From Styela clava (lineage: Eukaryota), in contig NC_135253.1 in NCBI RefSeq assembly GCF_964204865.1, positions 23,312,001-23,376,000 on the forward strand: a stretch of 64,000 bases of DNA. The letters run 5' to 3'. Each line of letters opens with the position of its first letter. The stretch's first letter is position 1. The notes below the pieces were generated by a model. The model was not told where the DNA came from. It worked only from the letters and a program-made list of their open reading frames with translations, and searched no databases. The position numbers and the translations under genes are program-made. This document shows positions 50,502-60,549 of this stretch, in pieces.

Positions 50502-51914
50502 ATGTCTGCCAGGACACACCTGCCTCTCGGCAGTCAGAGTGTCTCTGGCAGACCGGCAACTGGACCATCTGACCCGCAGACCTCTTCTTCTTCGGCAGCC
50601 AAACCACTATTCTCAAGTGTCGCAGCGTCGATTCCGAAGGTCGCGAACGTGAAGGGGATCGAAGTTCAACGTGGGGAGTCAATTGACGCCACAACATCGC
50701 AGGACATCCCCACTGTCGCCGCTTTCTACCAACTTTTTTCGTCGGTTGAGCAGCTTCGACCCTTCAGGTCACTTGTTGAAGGAGTGTTCCCAATTAGATC
50801 GGGAACTTGGAATATCACCTTCCAGGCGGCAGATGGGGGAAATCGTGACAAGTTCCTATCTACGATAGGAAACGAGCTTGATACCCCATCTGGCCGTATT
50901 AATTTTTTTTTGCCGCGTGGTTTGGGCACGCGCATTAGTGTGCGGAGTATCCCGACGGAGGCGACGATCGAGCAAATTACCACCATGCTCGACTCGCTGA
51001 AGTTCGGGAAGGTACGCCGCGTATACCGAATATACCTTAAAAATACAAAGGTATATAATGGCTACATTCAAGCCATTGTTGATGATTTTAACAGGAATAA
51101 TTTTCCTGACTTTATCAACATAGCCGGTATGCGCTGTAAGACGTACCTCCCCGCGGAACTCTATGTAAAATCATGTTTAAACTGCTTCGCTACCGGGCAT
51201 TTGGCCCGAGAGTGCATTAACCCCCCCTCTTGCCGCCTGTGCAAAAAAACCGGGCATGTGCAGAGGGACTGCACCGACTTCCCCTCCATTCCATCTGGCA
51301 GGAAGTCTAGTGAAGCAGCACCACCGCAAATTAAATCTCCCGTACAATCTGTTTCTAAAACCTTGATGGGGAAGGCGAAATACACCTTCGCCAAGATCTC
51401 ATCAAGTGCTCCAGCAACGCCTGTACGGAAAGAAAAGGAAAATAATAATTATAATAAGGAGAACTCTTCTAGTAAGACTGGTAATTTTCTCAGTCGGGTT
51501 ACAGTTGATGTCCATCCTGTCCCGACCGAGATACACGATATTACCGACTCTCTAGAGTCGGAAAATATGGGAGATAAAATTAATAGGGTTTTAAATAATG
51601 GTAGTGGTCCTGGAAAGGACTCGGCTAACCTGGAAGAAAACAGCGACGATGATGAGAGCTCTCTGGAAGCTGACTTACTTAATATAGCCAAACTAACAGA
51701 GTGCTCGGAAGAAGAACACGTGTCTTTTCGCGAGAAGATACGCATCCATCGTAAATCCAAGGAGCCGGGTCCGGACTGGGACTACTCCAAAATTGAAAAG
51801 CCTTCGATTCTCAGGGACGAGAAGAGGGGACGCGAGAGCTCGTCTTCGGACGCGTCATCAGCTCTCCCCCCCCGTAAATCCCGGGGTCTTTCAGAACCAT
51901 CGGCCGGTGAATAA
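50502..51914 (+). CDS. A1 ORF1
   Basis: Translation matches the 1654 copy. Confidence 0.93.
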   Translation: MSARTHLPLGSQSVSGRPATGPSDPQTSSSSAAKPLFSSVAASIPKVANVKGIEVQRGESIDATTSQDIPTVAAFYQLFSSVEQLRPFRSLVEGVFPIRSGTWNITFQAADGGNRDKFLSTIGNELDTPSGRINFFLPRGLGTRISVRSIPTEATIEQITTMLDSLKFGKVRRVYRIYLKNTKVYNGYIQAIVDDFNRNNFPDFINIAGMRCKTYLPAELYVKSCLNCFATGHLARECINPPSCRLCKKTGHVQRDCTDFPSIPSGRKSSEAAPPQIKSPVQSVSKTLMGKAKYTFAKISSSAPATPVRKEKENNNYNKENSSSKTGNFLSRVTVDVHPVPTEIHDITDSLESENMGDKINRVLNNGSGPGKDSANLEENSDDDESSLEADLLNIAKLTECSEEEHVSFREKIRIHRKSKEPGPDWDYSKIEKPSILRDEKRGRESSSSDASSALPPRKSRGLSEPSAGE

Positions 51915-52070
51915 TAAACCATAGCTCCAAGTTTTCATAATCCCTCTTTTCTGTTTTTTCTATGCTGGTGGATTAACATCCACAATAACCATTTTGATTA
52001 ATCGTACTATACCAACTGTGCGTAATTTATTGAGTGGTATAATATATAATTATTACCCAAATCTCTTTTA

Positions 52071-55000
52071 ATGGATACTTTGAGTTTAGTTTCACTCAAT
52101 GTTAACGGACTGAACTCAAATAGACACAGGTTAGGCCTCTGGATACGGAGACACCAACCTGGAATAATTTCCTTGCAACAAGTACACCGTTGCAAAAAAG
52201 ACGAGATTGATTCCTGGGCAGCCGACCTGGGATACACCGCACACCTCAATACCATCCACCATGAAGTCACCTCGATGAAATATTTCAGAGCTGGGACTGG
52301 AATTCTAGTTAAAAATAACATCCCCTGTACCATTCTATCGTACAAGGTTTTAATTCCATACAGGCTCGGCCGTCTGGACTTTTTTTTCAATAGTAGCATT
52401 ACATGCTTAATGAATGCTTATGTTCCTTCGGTTCGGGGCTGTACTCAGACTGACTTCATGGTGAGGATGTGCGGTGTGTTTCAGACCCTAGACCCCCTGG
52501 ACCCACTTATAATTTTAGGGGATTTTAATGCCGTCTTGGATGAGCGTGATGTTCTAATTAAACAGAACTTCGGGCTCACCAAGGCGGAAAAAATACTTGG
52601 ATCCTCTTTAAAATCTCTTGGTATGATTGATATCTTCCGCCAAAAACATCCGGCTGGTCAGGTATATACCTGCAAAGTAGATACACAGGCGCGTAGGATT
52701 GATCGAATTTATATCTCCGATCACTACGCGGCCTGTGTGAAAGATATCTATCATATAATAAATACAGCTTCAGATCACACCCTTGCTCCAGCCCTAGTCT
52801 TGAAATCCACCTTGAAAAAGGTGGATGGAAAGGCTAGACCGAAATCTTCAACGAAGATTAGATGGGGCAAGGGTGCCTGGAGAAATAACACCTCTTTATA
52901 TAGTGATCCAGAATATCGGGAAATAATAATTAATAGTTATAAAAATCTTGTTCACCGCATGGAAGAATTTTCATATATTCAAGATTGGTGGGATTTCACT
53001 AAAAATAGTATTAAAAAGAGTAGCATTGCTTTTTCCATCTATAAAGCAGATTTACATAGAAAGAAAAAGGACCATCTGGACTTTTTAATTAGAGATGGAC
53101 AACATCATGCGGAAATATTAAATTTAAGAAAGGAACTTCTTCTTCACGAGTCAAAAAAATTAGAATTTATCAAATTAAAAGCACGTATTCAAGGGATGGA
53201 AGAGGGTGAAGAGCCCACCAAAATCTTCTATCAGAAACTTAAAAAAAGAGATCAGGACACCATAATTACACAACTTAAGGATAAATTCGGACAAATTAAA
53301 GAAAAACCGGAGGAAATAATTAGTATAGTCCATGACTTTTATAAGGATCTCTGGGGAACCACATCAGATATTGATGTGGCAACTCAGGATGAACTTATAA
53401 AAGTCATGGAAACCACTCAGTTATCGAGTGATGATAACGGCCTAATTGAAAATGGAACTACTGAGGAAGAAGTCTTTTCTATAATAAAAAATATGGACAA
53501 TGGCAAGTCGCCGGGTCTCGACGGCTTGTCTAAGGAATTTTACTTAGCGTTCTGGACCCTAATCAAAAAAGAACTCATAATTATAATTAATAACGTTTTA
53601 TTTTCTGGCATACTGCCAGCATCATCAAAAGTAGCAAGAGTTAAACTAATTTATAAGAAATCCGACGCTTTAGATTTGAAAAATTGGCGTCCGATTTCAA
53701 ATCTAAACGTCGATTATAAAATCATCACAAAACTTCTTTCTAGGCGCCTTTTAAATTCCTTCTCTGGCATAATTAGTCCGACCCAGAAAAGTACCATTCT
53801 GGGTCGGTCTATCTTTGATGTGCATTATAATATCACAAGTGCACTCAATTATGCCAAATACACTAATAGTCCGTATTTCATTGTTTCCATTGATAATCTC
53901 AAGGCGTTTGACATGGTTAATCATAATTATCTTTTGAGACTTCTCGAAAGCATTAACCTATGTCCAAGCGCCTTGAGATTGATAAAATCCATTTACACCG
54001 GCATTACCAGCATCATTGAGGTAAATGGGGCCTTCACCAAAAAAATTAACATACTGAGAGGCATCCGTCAAGGGTGTCCTCTTAGTATGTTACTCTACAC
54101 CATCAATGTGGAGCCCCTCAGCCGATGTGTAATCAATAATAAATTAATAAAAGGTATTCGTATTGGTAATTTCACCCACAAATTGGATCAGTATGCGGAC
54201 GACGCAACTTTTGTTGTGTCGGACGCATACTCGATTGATGCTATTTTTAATAACTTGGAGCTCTTTCGTCTAGCCACAGGGCAGCGGATCAACAGAGAAA
54301 AAACCTCCATCCTCTGTACTAATGATAGGGCGAAGGAGATTCTATCTTTTTTCCCCTATCATAGATACATAAAGGACCATATTAAAATCCTTGGAATCTA
54401 CTTCGGTGAAAACCAAATTAATATAACTTGGAGCGAGAAGGTCTCCAAAATCGAACAAATAATTAATTTTAATCGGTCTAGATCCCTATCCTGGTACGGC
54501 AAGATCTTGGTTATCAATTCCTTGATCTTGTCTCAGGTTATTTTTAGCGCGAGGTCGGTCCCCATACCACCTCCTGTCATAAAATATATTGATCGCAAGA
54601 TCTTCTCTTACCTCTGGATCTCTGAGCCTATGGAAGTATTGGGCCGGCGGATCCTCCGGAACGGTAAATCTATAGGTGGAATGGGTGTTCCCTGTCTTAA
54701 CACCAAGATAGTTGCTTGCCAGGCTGAACGTTTCCAACAACTGGCCTCTCTTGTTAATCCCACACAATTGTGGCATAGAGAGGCCCAGTTCAGCCTTGGC
54801 AGTAAAATAATCCAGGTTAATCCTGGTTTGTTTAGCAACTCGATACCCCATTCCATCACCGTTCCGGAATCATGGCTGAAAGCCTTCAACACATTTCGTG
54901 TTTTGGGGGCTAAAGGCCATGATTGGGATTCTGCCGGTCTAGCTTCCATATATAGGACCCTCATGAGTGAAAGAGAAGAAACTCCTCCATCTAATATTAA

Positions 55001-55574
55001 CTGGGAGCGTGTCCACCTTTTGGACCGCTCCCTCAGGATTCATTTTAGTAACCCCGAAAGGGAAATTTCTTTCAGGACCGTCCGAAACGGGTTCTTATTT
55101 GGACAACGTCGGGCGGGAACCGGTTTTAAATACCATAAATTAAATAACCGGCTGCTTAAACTTACTTGTAAGTTTTGTCGCCATGGAGTGGATAACACTC
55201 AACATCTCTTTTTAGAATGCAAGCCCTGCCTAAGCATGGCATCCGAATTATCCAGAATCTTAAATAAAATCTGTTCGAGTCCTGTAAGTGTTTGTATGGA
55301 TGATATATTCTACAACACTTACAGTGATAACCATACTCTCGCGGTCTTGAAAATTTTTCAAATTTTCAAGGTTTTTGTGATTAAAACAAAAAAGATTCTG
55401 GATAAGGAAGACCGCTATGCGAAGGAGGGCGACGCGAATAATATAATAAAATCAGTTATTACTGATTTTAACGAACATCTTCTGGCACGTGAGTTAAAGT
55501 ATGGGGACGTGACCATCTATGATCTCGTTCCTAATTGGAAAGAGATTCTTTCTGGTTACGATTCCCATACATAA
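52071..55574 (+). CDS. A1 ORF2, APE + RT
   Basis: Translation matches the 3223 copy. Confidence 0.96.
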   Translation: MDTLSLVSLNVNGLNSNRHRLGLWIRRHQPGIISLQQVHRCKKDEIDSWAADLGYTAHLNTIHHEVTSMKYFRAGTGILVKNNIPCTILSYKVLIPYRLGRLDFFFNSSITCLMNAYVPSVRGCTQTDFMVRMCGVFQTLDPLDPLIILGDFNAVLDERDVLIKQNFGLTKAEKILGSSLKSLGMIDIFRQKHPAGQVYTCKVDTQARRIDRIYISDHYAACVKDIYHIINTASDHTLAPALVLKSTLKKVDGKARPKSSTKIRWGKGAWRNNTSLYSDPEYREIIINSYKNLVHRMEEFSYIQDWWDFTKNSIKKSSIAFSIYKADLHRKKKDHLDFLIRDGQHHAEILNLRKELLLHESKKLEFIKLKARIQGMEEGEEPTKIFYQKLKKRDQDTIITQLKDKFGQIKEKPEEIISIVHDFYKDLWGTTSDIDVATQDELIKVMETTQLSSDDNGLIENGTTEEEVFSIIKNMDNGKSPGLDGLSKEFYLAFWTLIKKELIIIINNVLFSGILPASSKVARVKLIYKKSDALDLKNWRPISNLNVDYKIITKLLSRRLLNSFSGIISPTQKSTILGRSIFDVHYNITSALNYAKYTNSPYFIVSIDNLKAFDMVNHNYLLRLLESINLCPSALRLIKSIYTGITSIIEVNGAFTKKINILRGIRQGCPLSMLLYTINVEPLSRCVINNKLIKGIRIGNFTHKLDQYADDATFVVSDAYSIDAIFNNLELFRLATGQRINREKTSILCTNDRAKEILSFFPYHRYIKDHIKILGIYFGENQINITWSEKVSKIEQIINFNRSRSLSWYGKILVINSLILSQVIFSARSVPIPPPVIKYIDRKIFSYLWISEPMEVLGRRILRNGKSIGGMGVPCLNTKIVACQAERFQQLASLVNPTQLWHREAQFSLGSKIIQVNPGLFSNSIPHSITVPESWLKAFNTFRVLGAKGHDWDSAGLASIYRTLMSEREETPPSNINWERVHLLDRSLRIHFSNPEREISFRTVRNGFLFGQRRAGTGFKYHKLNNRLLKLTCKFCRHGVDNTQHLFLECKPCLSMASELSRILNKICSSPVSVCMDDIFYNTYSDNHTLAVLKIFQIFKVFVIKTKKILDKEDRYAKEGDANNIIKSVITDFNEHLLARELKYGDVTIYDLVPNWKEILSGYDSHT

Positions 55575-56128
55575 GTCTCGCGTGCCAATTATTATATTAT
55601 CTAAATAATAGTATTGGGTGTCATAACAACCTGTCCTCATCTCGATTGCTACCTAGTAACTCTATTACTTTGATAATAAGATCACCAGTTGAAAATAACT
55701 AGGTGTAATATAGTTACCATTAACATTAGGCAAACAAATAGTTAATAAAACGCCACATACACCTATCTACCTGGCAACCTTTATTATTATTTAATTTATA
55801 CTCTTATTTATTTTTGTTATCTTCTTCTCTCTTTTATAGCCCTTTCCTCTCCATCATTTTCTTTCTAACTCTTTTCTTCGTCAATCTGACTCTTTTTCTT
55901 CCATTTCTTACCTGCCTGGCCAAGACGGAATACTCGCCACTAGAGGGTTCAATGAGTGTGCATCAGGGTGCATTTCTCCGAACCCTCCCATGTGGCGGGA
56001 AATGTTTCGTCGAGGCCAGGCGTTCTGTTAATCTTTACCTTTTATTTTTCAGAAAAAGAAAGACCATCTAAAAGCCTCCCCTGCAACAAGTAAGTATAAA
56101 AAAGTAAGTATCGGTGGGTTGAGGCCTA

Positions 56129-56165
<37 letters not shown>

Positions 56166-56415
56166 GCTAGAGCCCGAGCTATTGCTCGTTATTTTATACT
56201 GCACATTCCAGATCAAAGTGGTTCGCGCTAACTCCTTCGTGACTTCTTATTCTCGCTAGTACGAGACTTCTCGCGAAGTGAACGAGATAACAACGCGACG
56301 TGATACATCCTTTGTTGTCGCCGACTGACTTCTGCTCCCTTAGATTGTTGTCTTACATACATACATGTCTTGTTGGAATAGATTGTGCAACCGAATGGGC
56401 TACAAACCAGTGACT

Positions 56416-56461
56416 ATCATTATTCGCTGTATAATTAAGGTAAGTTCTGGAGCCGCGGCTC
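56416..56461 (+). ncRNA. SL RNA gene, alpha
   Basis: Exon, donor 56440, hairpin. Confidence 0.8.
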
Positions 56462-56723
56462 GTTATTTAATATCGCACTCTTCGGTTGGAAGAAAACGCG
56501 TTCATTTTGTCCACGTTAACCCTTTCGTGACTTGACCTGTCAAAAAACCTTTCCGTGGGACCAACGAGTTAACCCGCGCAGGTGCACTTCGTTTGATGGT
56601 TGCCGACATCGCGGCGAGTCAGGTTTCTGCGTTACTCGCTGTGTATGTCCAGACTGCTCGTCCAAGAACTTCAAATCTTGTGAGCATAGACTGTGCAGCC
56701 GAATAAGTCTCAAAGCAATGGCT

Positions 56724-56775
56724 ATCATTATTCGCTATTTGATTAAGGTAAGCTAGCGCCCGAGCTGCGGTTCGG
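56724..56775 (+). ncRNA. SL RNA gene, beta
   Basis: Exon, donor 56748, hairpin. Confidence 0.8.
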
Positions 56776-57001
56776 TATTTTTTATTGCATTTTCCATACT
56801 CCAATTCGTAGAATATTTCAATTCGTTCGTCCTAACCCTCTCTTATCTTTTGGCTTTGCGCGAGACACACCGCGGGCGGGCCTCGTTTGTTGTCGCCGAC
56901 TTCTGCTTCTCGTTTTAGTATTCATTCGTACGCTTTGGCATAGATCGTGCAACCGAATGGGCTTCAAAATATTGGAAATCATTATTGCTGTTTTGATTAA
57001 G

Positions 57002-58601
57002 GTAACCCCTCACCGGGTTAGGCCCTCGACAGCAACGAAGCAAGAAGAAAAGGAAGAAGAAGAATATGAACTACGCCGAAGCCGCCTCGACAACGCCTAC
57101 ACCTACAAGCGAAGAAACGACTGCACCGACTACACGACCTCGCACTCTGTTCCTGACAACCACCAAAGACCTGGACTTCCCTCGACTGTTCGACATCCTC
57201 AAGACCGATTCAGCGTCCCGAAACTACGTCGACAACATCACGGGACTGTTCGAGGGAAGAAAAGGTCAGTGGATATGTACTTTTGCCGCCACCGACGACC
57301 CCAACTCTAGCTGTCGCGAGAAATTCTTGCACGACACAAAGGGTGAAATAAGAGTTTCAGACGGTGCTATTACGGTATCGCTGCCAACCGAAGCACCAGT
57401 CCGAATATCCATTCGAGGGATACCGGGTGAAACTTCCTACAGCAAGGCCGTGTCGACAATCGAACGACTGCAGTGCGGAAAAGTCCGGAATGCCACCAGA
57501 AACTGGTACAGAGGTACGTCCATTTATAACGGATACACTTCCTTTTTTATTGAAAATTTTAAAAAGGACAGGTTACCAGATTACTTGGTCATCGACGGGA
57601 AAAGCTGCAAAACTTACCTGCCCAGGGAATTATACGTGCCAACCTGTGGTAGGTGTTTGAAATCCGGTCACAACTTCACCGAATGCGAAAGCGAACCAGT
57701 CTGTCGCTACTGCAAACAACTGGGCCATCTTTTAAAAGAGTGTCCATCCAGAAGGAAAGAATTTCCATCAATTTCCGGATCTACATGGACCTTACCAAGA
57801 CGTCAAAAACAGCAATCAGAAAACCCACCTTTTTCGGAACAACCAAGTAACCAAAATGCTTCACAACCTGCAACAGTATCGGATTTACAAAATGCTACAC
57901 AGCCTGGACTAATTTCGGATTTACAAAACAACCAAAATGCCGTACAACCTACAAAACCGGATATACCAAACGATCAAATGGATTTACAACCTGAATCGAC
58001 CACTCTTACTCCGCATGACAACAGGATTGATCCAACCTCGAATGTAATCGAATTTTCCTCTTCCACCGAATCAACCGACCTAAAAGAAATCAGCAACTGG
58101 TCGGAGTGCGAGGATGTGGGAAGCGTTATAAGCCCTCTGTCAACACCGCCGAGTCAGCCGCAACTCAAACAAACAAGGCAATCTTCCAGACTCAAACAGT
58201 CATCGACGATTGGAAACACCCCGTTTCATCCTACATCCAAAGGCAACCCTTATGTAAAAGTGATGGTGCACAACATCCAGCCACCGGAATTAACAACATC
58301 TTCCGTCTTCTCCACTGCACCTGATGAAATATCCTCCGCACCGGCTAATCTGGAATACAACAAATCAAAATCCAAAACCGAGGACTTACCTGCCAAAAAT
58401 CTTGACAATTCGGATTATACTATTAAAAGAAGCCGTGAAGAAACGTCATCAGACTCTTCATTTTCAACCACTTTAGAATTTAGACTTGTTGGCAAAAAGA
58501 AAAAATAGTTATAAGTTAATTCGGACCCCACAAATCAAAATTCTGTAATCTGGACATTTAATTCGGCCTTTAAACATCGAGCGTAAGACAAACTGCCCAG
58601 T
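57002..58601 (+). mobile_element. N1 element lacking its distal 3' UTR and poly(A)
   Basis: 3' UTR breaks at ...CTGCCCAGT and joins TTGATTAAG-GTAAGCTAGAGCCC + A1. Confidence 0.9.
57066..58508 (+). CDS. N1 ORF1 (480 aa)
   Basis: Intact ORF. Confidence 0.93.
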   Translation: MNYAEAASTTPTPTSEETTAPTTRPRTLFLTTTKDLDFPRLFDILKTDSASRNYVDNITGLFEGRKGQWICTFAATDDPNSSCREKFLHDTKGEIRVSDGAITVSLPTEAPVRISIRGIPGETSYSKAVSTIERLQCGKVRNATRNWYRGTSIYNGYTSFFIENFKKDRLPDYLVIDGKSCKTYLPRELYVPTCGRCLKSGHNFTECESEPVCRYCKQLGHLLKECPSRRKEFPSISGSTWTLPRRQKQQSENPPFSEQPSNQNASQPATVSDLQNATQPGLISDLQNNQNAVQPTKPDIPNDQMDLQPESTTLTPHDNRIDPTSNVIEFSSSTESTDLKEISNWSECEDVGSVISPLSTPPSQPQLKQTRQSSRLKQSSTIGNTPFHPTSKGNPYVKVMVHNIQPPELTTSSVFSTAPDEISSAPANLEYNKSKSKTEDLPAKNLDNSDYTIKRSREETSSDSSFSTTLEFRLVGKKKK

Positions 58602-58980
58602 TTGATTAAGGTAAGCTAGAGCCCTTGATCAACAGCACGGAGCGTCTGGTGGTCTTTTCTGCCATTCCGTGGCTTTTGCCAGCCCGCTCCGAACTAGGTG
58701 TATTGGGAGTGGCCTCTCCCCCTTCGGGAATTTCTTAGAGGCCACCCCGGCGTTTCCGTAACGGTTTTTATATAATAAACCGTTACCGCTTTTGTTTGTT
58801 GCTCTGTTAGTTTATAAACTTCTGTTAGTTAATAGCCCCAATTTCTACTACTACCATAATATCTAGCTCGTTTTTATTATCCTTCAGTTAGTTTCTTTGT
58901 AGTAGGTTTCCTTAATAACTCTTAGTTGAATAACATCTGGGGTTCTACATTTCTTCTATAGTTTCTCCGTAAAGTTCTTG

Positions 58981-60393
58981 ATGTCTGCCAGGACACACCT
59001 GCCTCTCGGCAGTCAGAGTGTCTCTGGCAGACCGGCAACTGGACCATCTGACCCGCAGACCTCTTCTTCTTCGGCAGCCAAACCACTATTCTCAAGTGTC
59101 GCAGCGTCGATTCCGAAGGTCGCGAACGTGAAGGGGATCGAAGTTCAACGTGGGGAGTCAATTGACGCCACAACATCGCAGGACATCCCCACTGTCGCCG
59201 CTTTCTACCAACTTTTTTCGTCGGTTGAGCAGCTTCGACCCTTCAGGTCACTTGTTGAAGGAGTGTTCCCAATTAGATCGGGAACTTGGAATATCACCTT
59301 CCAGGCGGCAGATGGGGGAAATCGTGACAAGTTCCTATCTACGATAGGAAACGAGCTTGATACCCCATCTGGCCGTATTAATTTTTTTTTGCCGCGTGGT
59401 TTGGGCACGCGCATTAGTGTGCGGAGTATCCCGACGGAGGCGACGATCGAGCAAATTACCACCATGCTCGACTCGCTGAAGTTCGGGAAGGTACGCCGCG
59501 TATACCGAATATACCTTAAAAATACAAAGGTATATAATGGCTACATTCAAGCCATTGTTGATGATTTTAACAGGAATAATTTTCCTGACTTTATCAACAT
59601 AGCCGGTATGCGCTGTAAGACGTACCTCCCCGCGGAACTCTATGTAAAATCATGTTTAAACTGCTTCGCTACCGGGCATTTGGCCCGAGAGTGCATTAAC
59701 CCCCCCTCTTGCCGCCTGTGCAAAAAAACCGGGCATGTGCAGAGGGACTGCACCGACTTCCCCTCCATTCCATCTGGCAGGAAGTCTAGTGAAGCAGCAC
59801 CACCGCAAATTAAATCTCCCGTACAATCTGTTTCTAAAACCTTGATGGGGAAGGCGAAATACACCTTCGCCAAGATCTCATCAAGTGCTCCAGCAACGCC
59901 TGTACGGAAAGAAAAGGAAAATAATAATTATAATAAGGAGAACTCTTCTAGTAAGACTGGTAATTTTCTCAGTCGGGTTACAGTTGATGTCCATCCTGTC
60001 CCGACCGAGATACACGATATTACCGACTCTCTAGAGTCGGAAAATATGGGAGATAAAATTAATAGGGTTTTAAATAATGGTAGTGGTCCTGGAAAGGACT
60101 CGGCTAACCTGGAAGAAAACAGCGACGATGATGAGAGCTCTCTGGAAGCTGACTTACTTAATATAGCCAAACTAACAGAGTGCTCGGAAGAAGAACACGT
60201 GTCTTTTCGCGAGAAGATACGCATCCATCGTAAATCCAAGGAGCCGGGTCCGGACTGGGACTACTCCAAAATTGAAAAGCCTTCGATTCTCAGGGACGAG
60301 AAGAGGGGACGCGAGAGCTCGTCTTCGGACGCGTCATCAGCTCTCCCCCCCCGTAAATCCCGGGGTCTTTCAGAACCATCGGCCGGTGAATAA
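58981..60393 (+). CDS. A1 ORF1
   Basis: Translation matches the 1654 copy. Confidence 0.93.
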   Translation: MSARTHLPLGSQSVSGRPATGPSDPQTSSSSAAKPLFSSVAASIPKVANVKGIEVQRGESIDATTSQDIPTVAAFYQLFSSVEQLRPFRSLVEGVFPIRSGTWNITFQAADGGNRDKFLSTIGNELDTPSGRINFFLPRGLGTRISVRSIPTEATIEQITTMLDSLKFGKVRRVYRIYLKNTKVYNGYIQAIVDDFNRNNFPDFINIAGMRCKTYLPAELYVKSCLNCFATGHLARECINPPSCRLCKKTGHVQRDCTDFPSIPSGRKSSEAAPPQIKSPVQSVSKTLMGKAKYTFAKISSSAPATPVRKEKENNNYNKENSSSKTGNFLSRVTVDVHPVPTEIHDITDSLESENMGDKINRVLNNGSGPGKDSANLEENSDDDESSLEADLLNIAKLTECSEEEHVSFREKIRIHRKSKEPGPDWDYSKIEKPSILRDEKRGRESSSSDASSALPPRKSRGLSEPSAGE

Positions 60394-60549
60394 TAAACCA
60401 TAGCTCCAAGTTTTCATAATCCCTCTTTTCTGTTTTTTCTATGCTGGTGGATTAACATCCACAATAACCATTTTGATTAATCGTACTATACCAACTGTGC
60501 GTAATTTATTGAGTGGTATAATATATAATTATTACCCAAATCTCTTTTA

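Larger units (their letters stand above)
50146..56161 (+). mobile_element. A1 element, full length
   Basis: GTAAGCTAGAGCCC at 50132-50145 and 56162-56175; poly(A). Confidence 0.95.
56162..57001 (+). repeat. SL array segment (one trimer, 840 bp)
   Basis: Donors at 56440 and 56748; gamma exon ends 57001. Confidence 0.93.
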
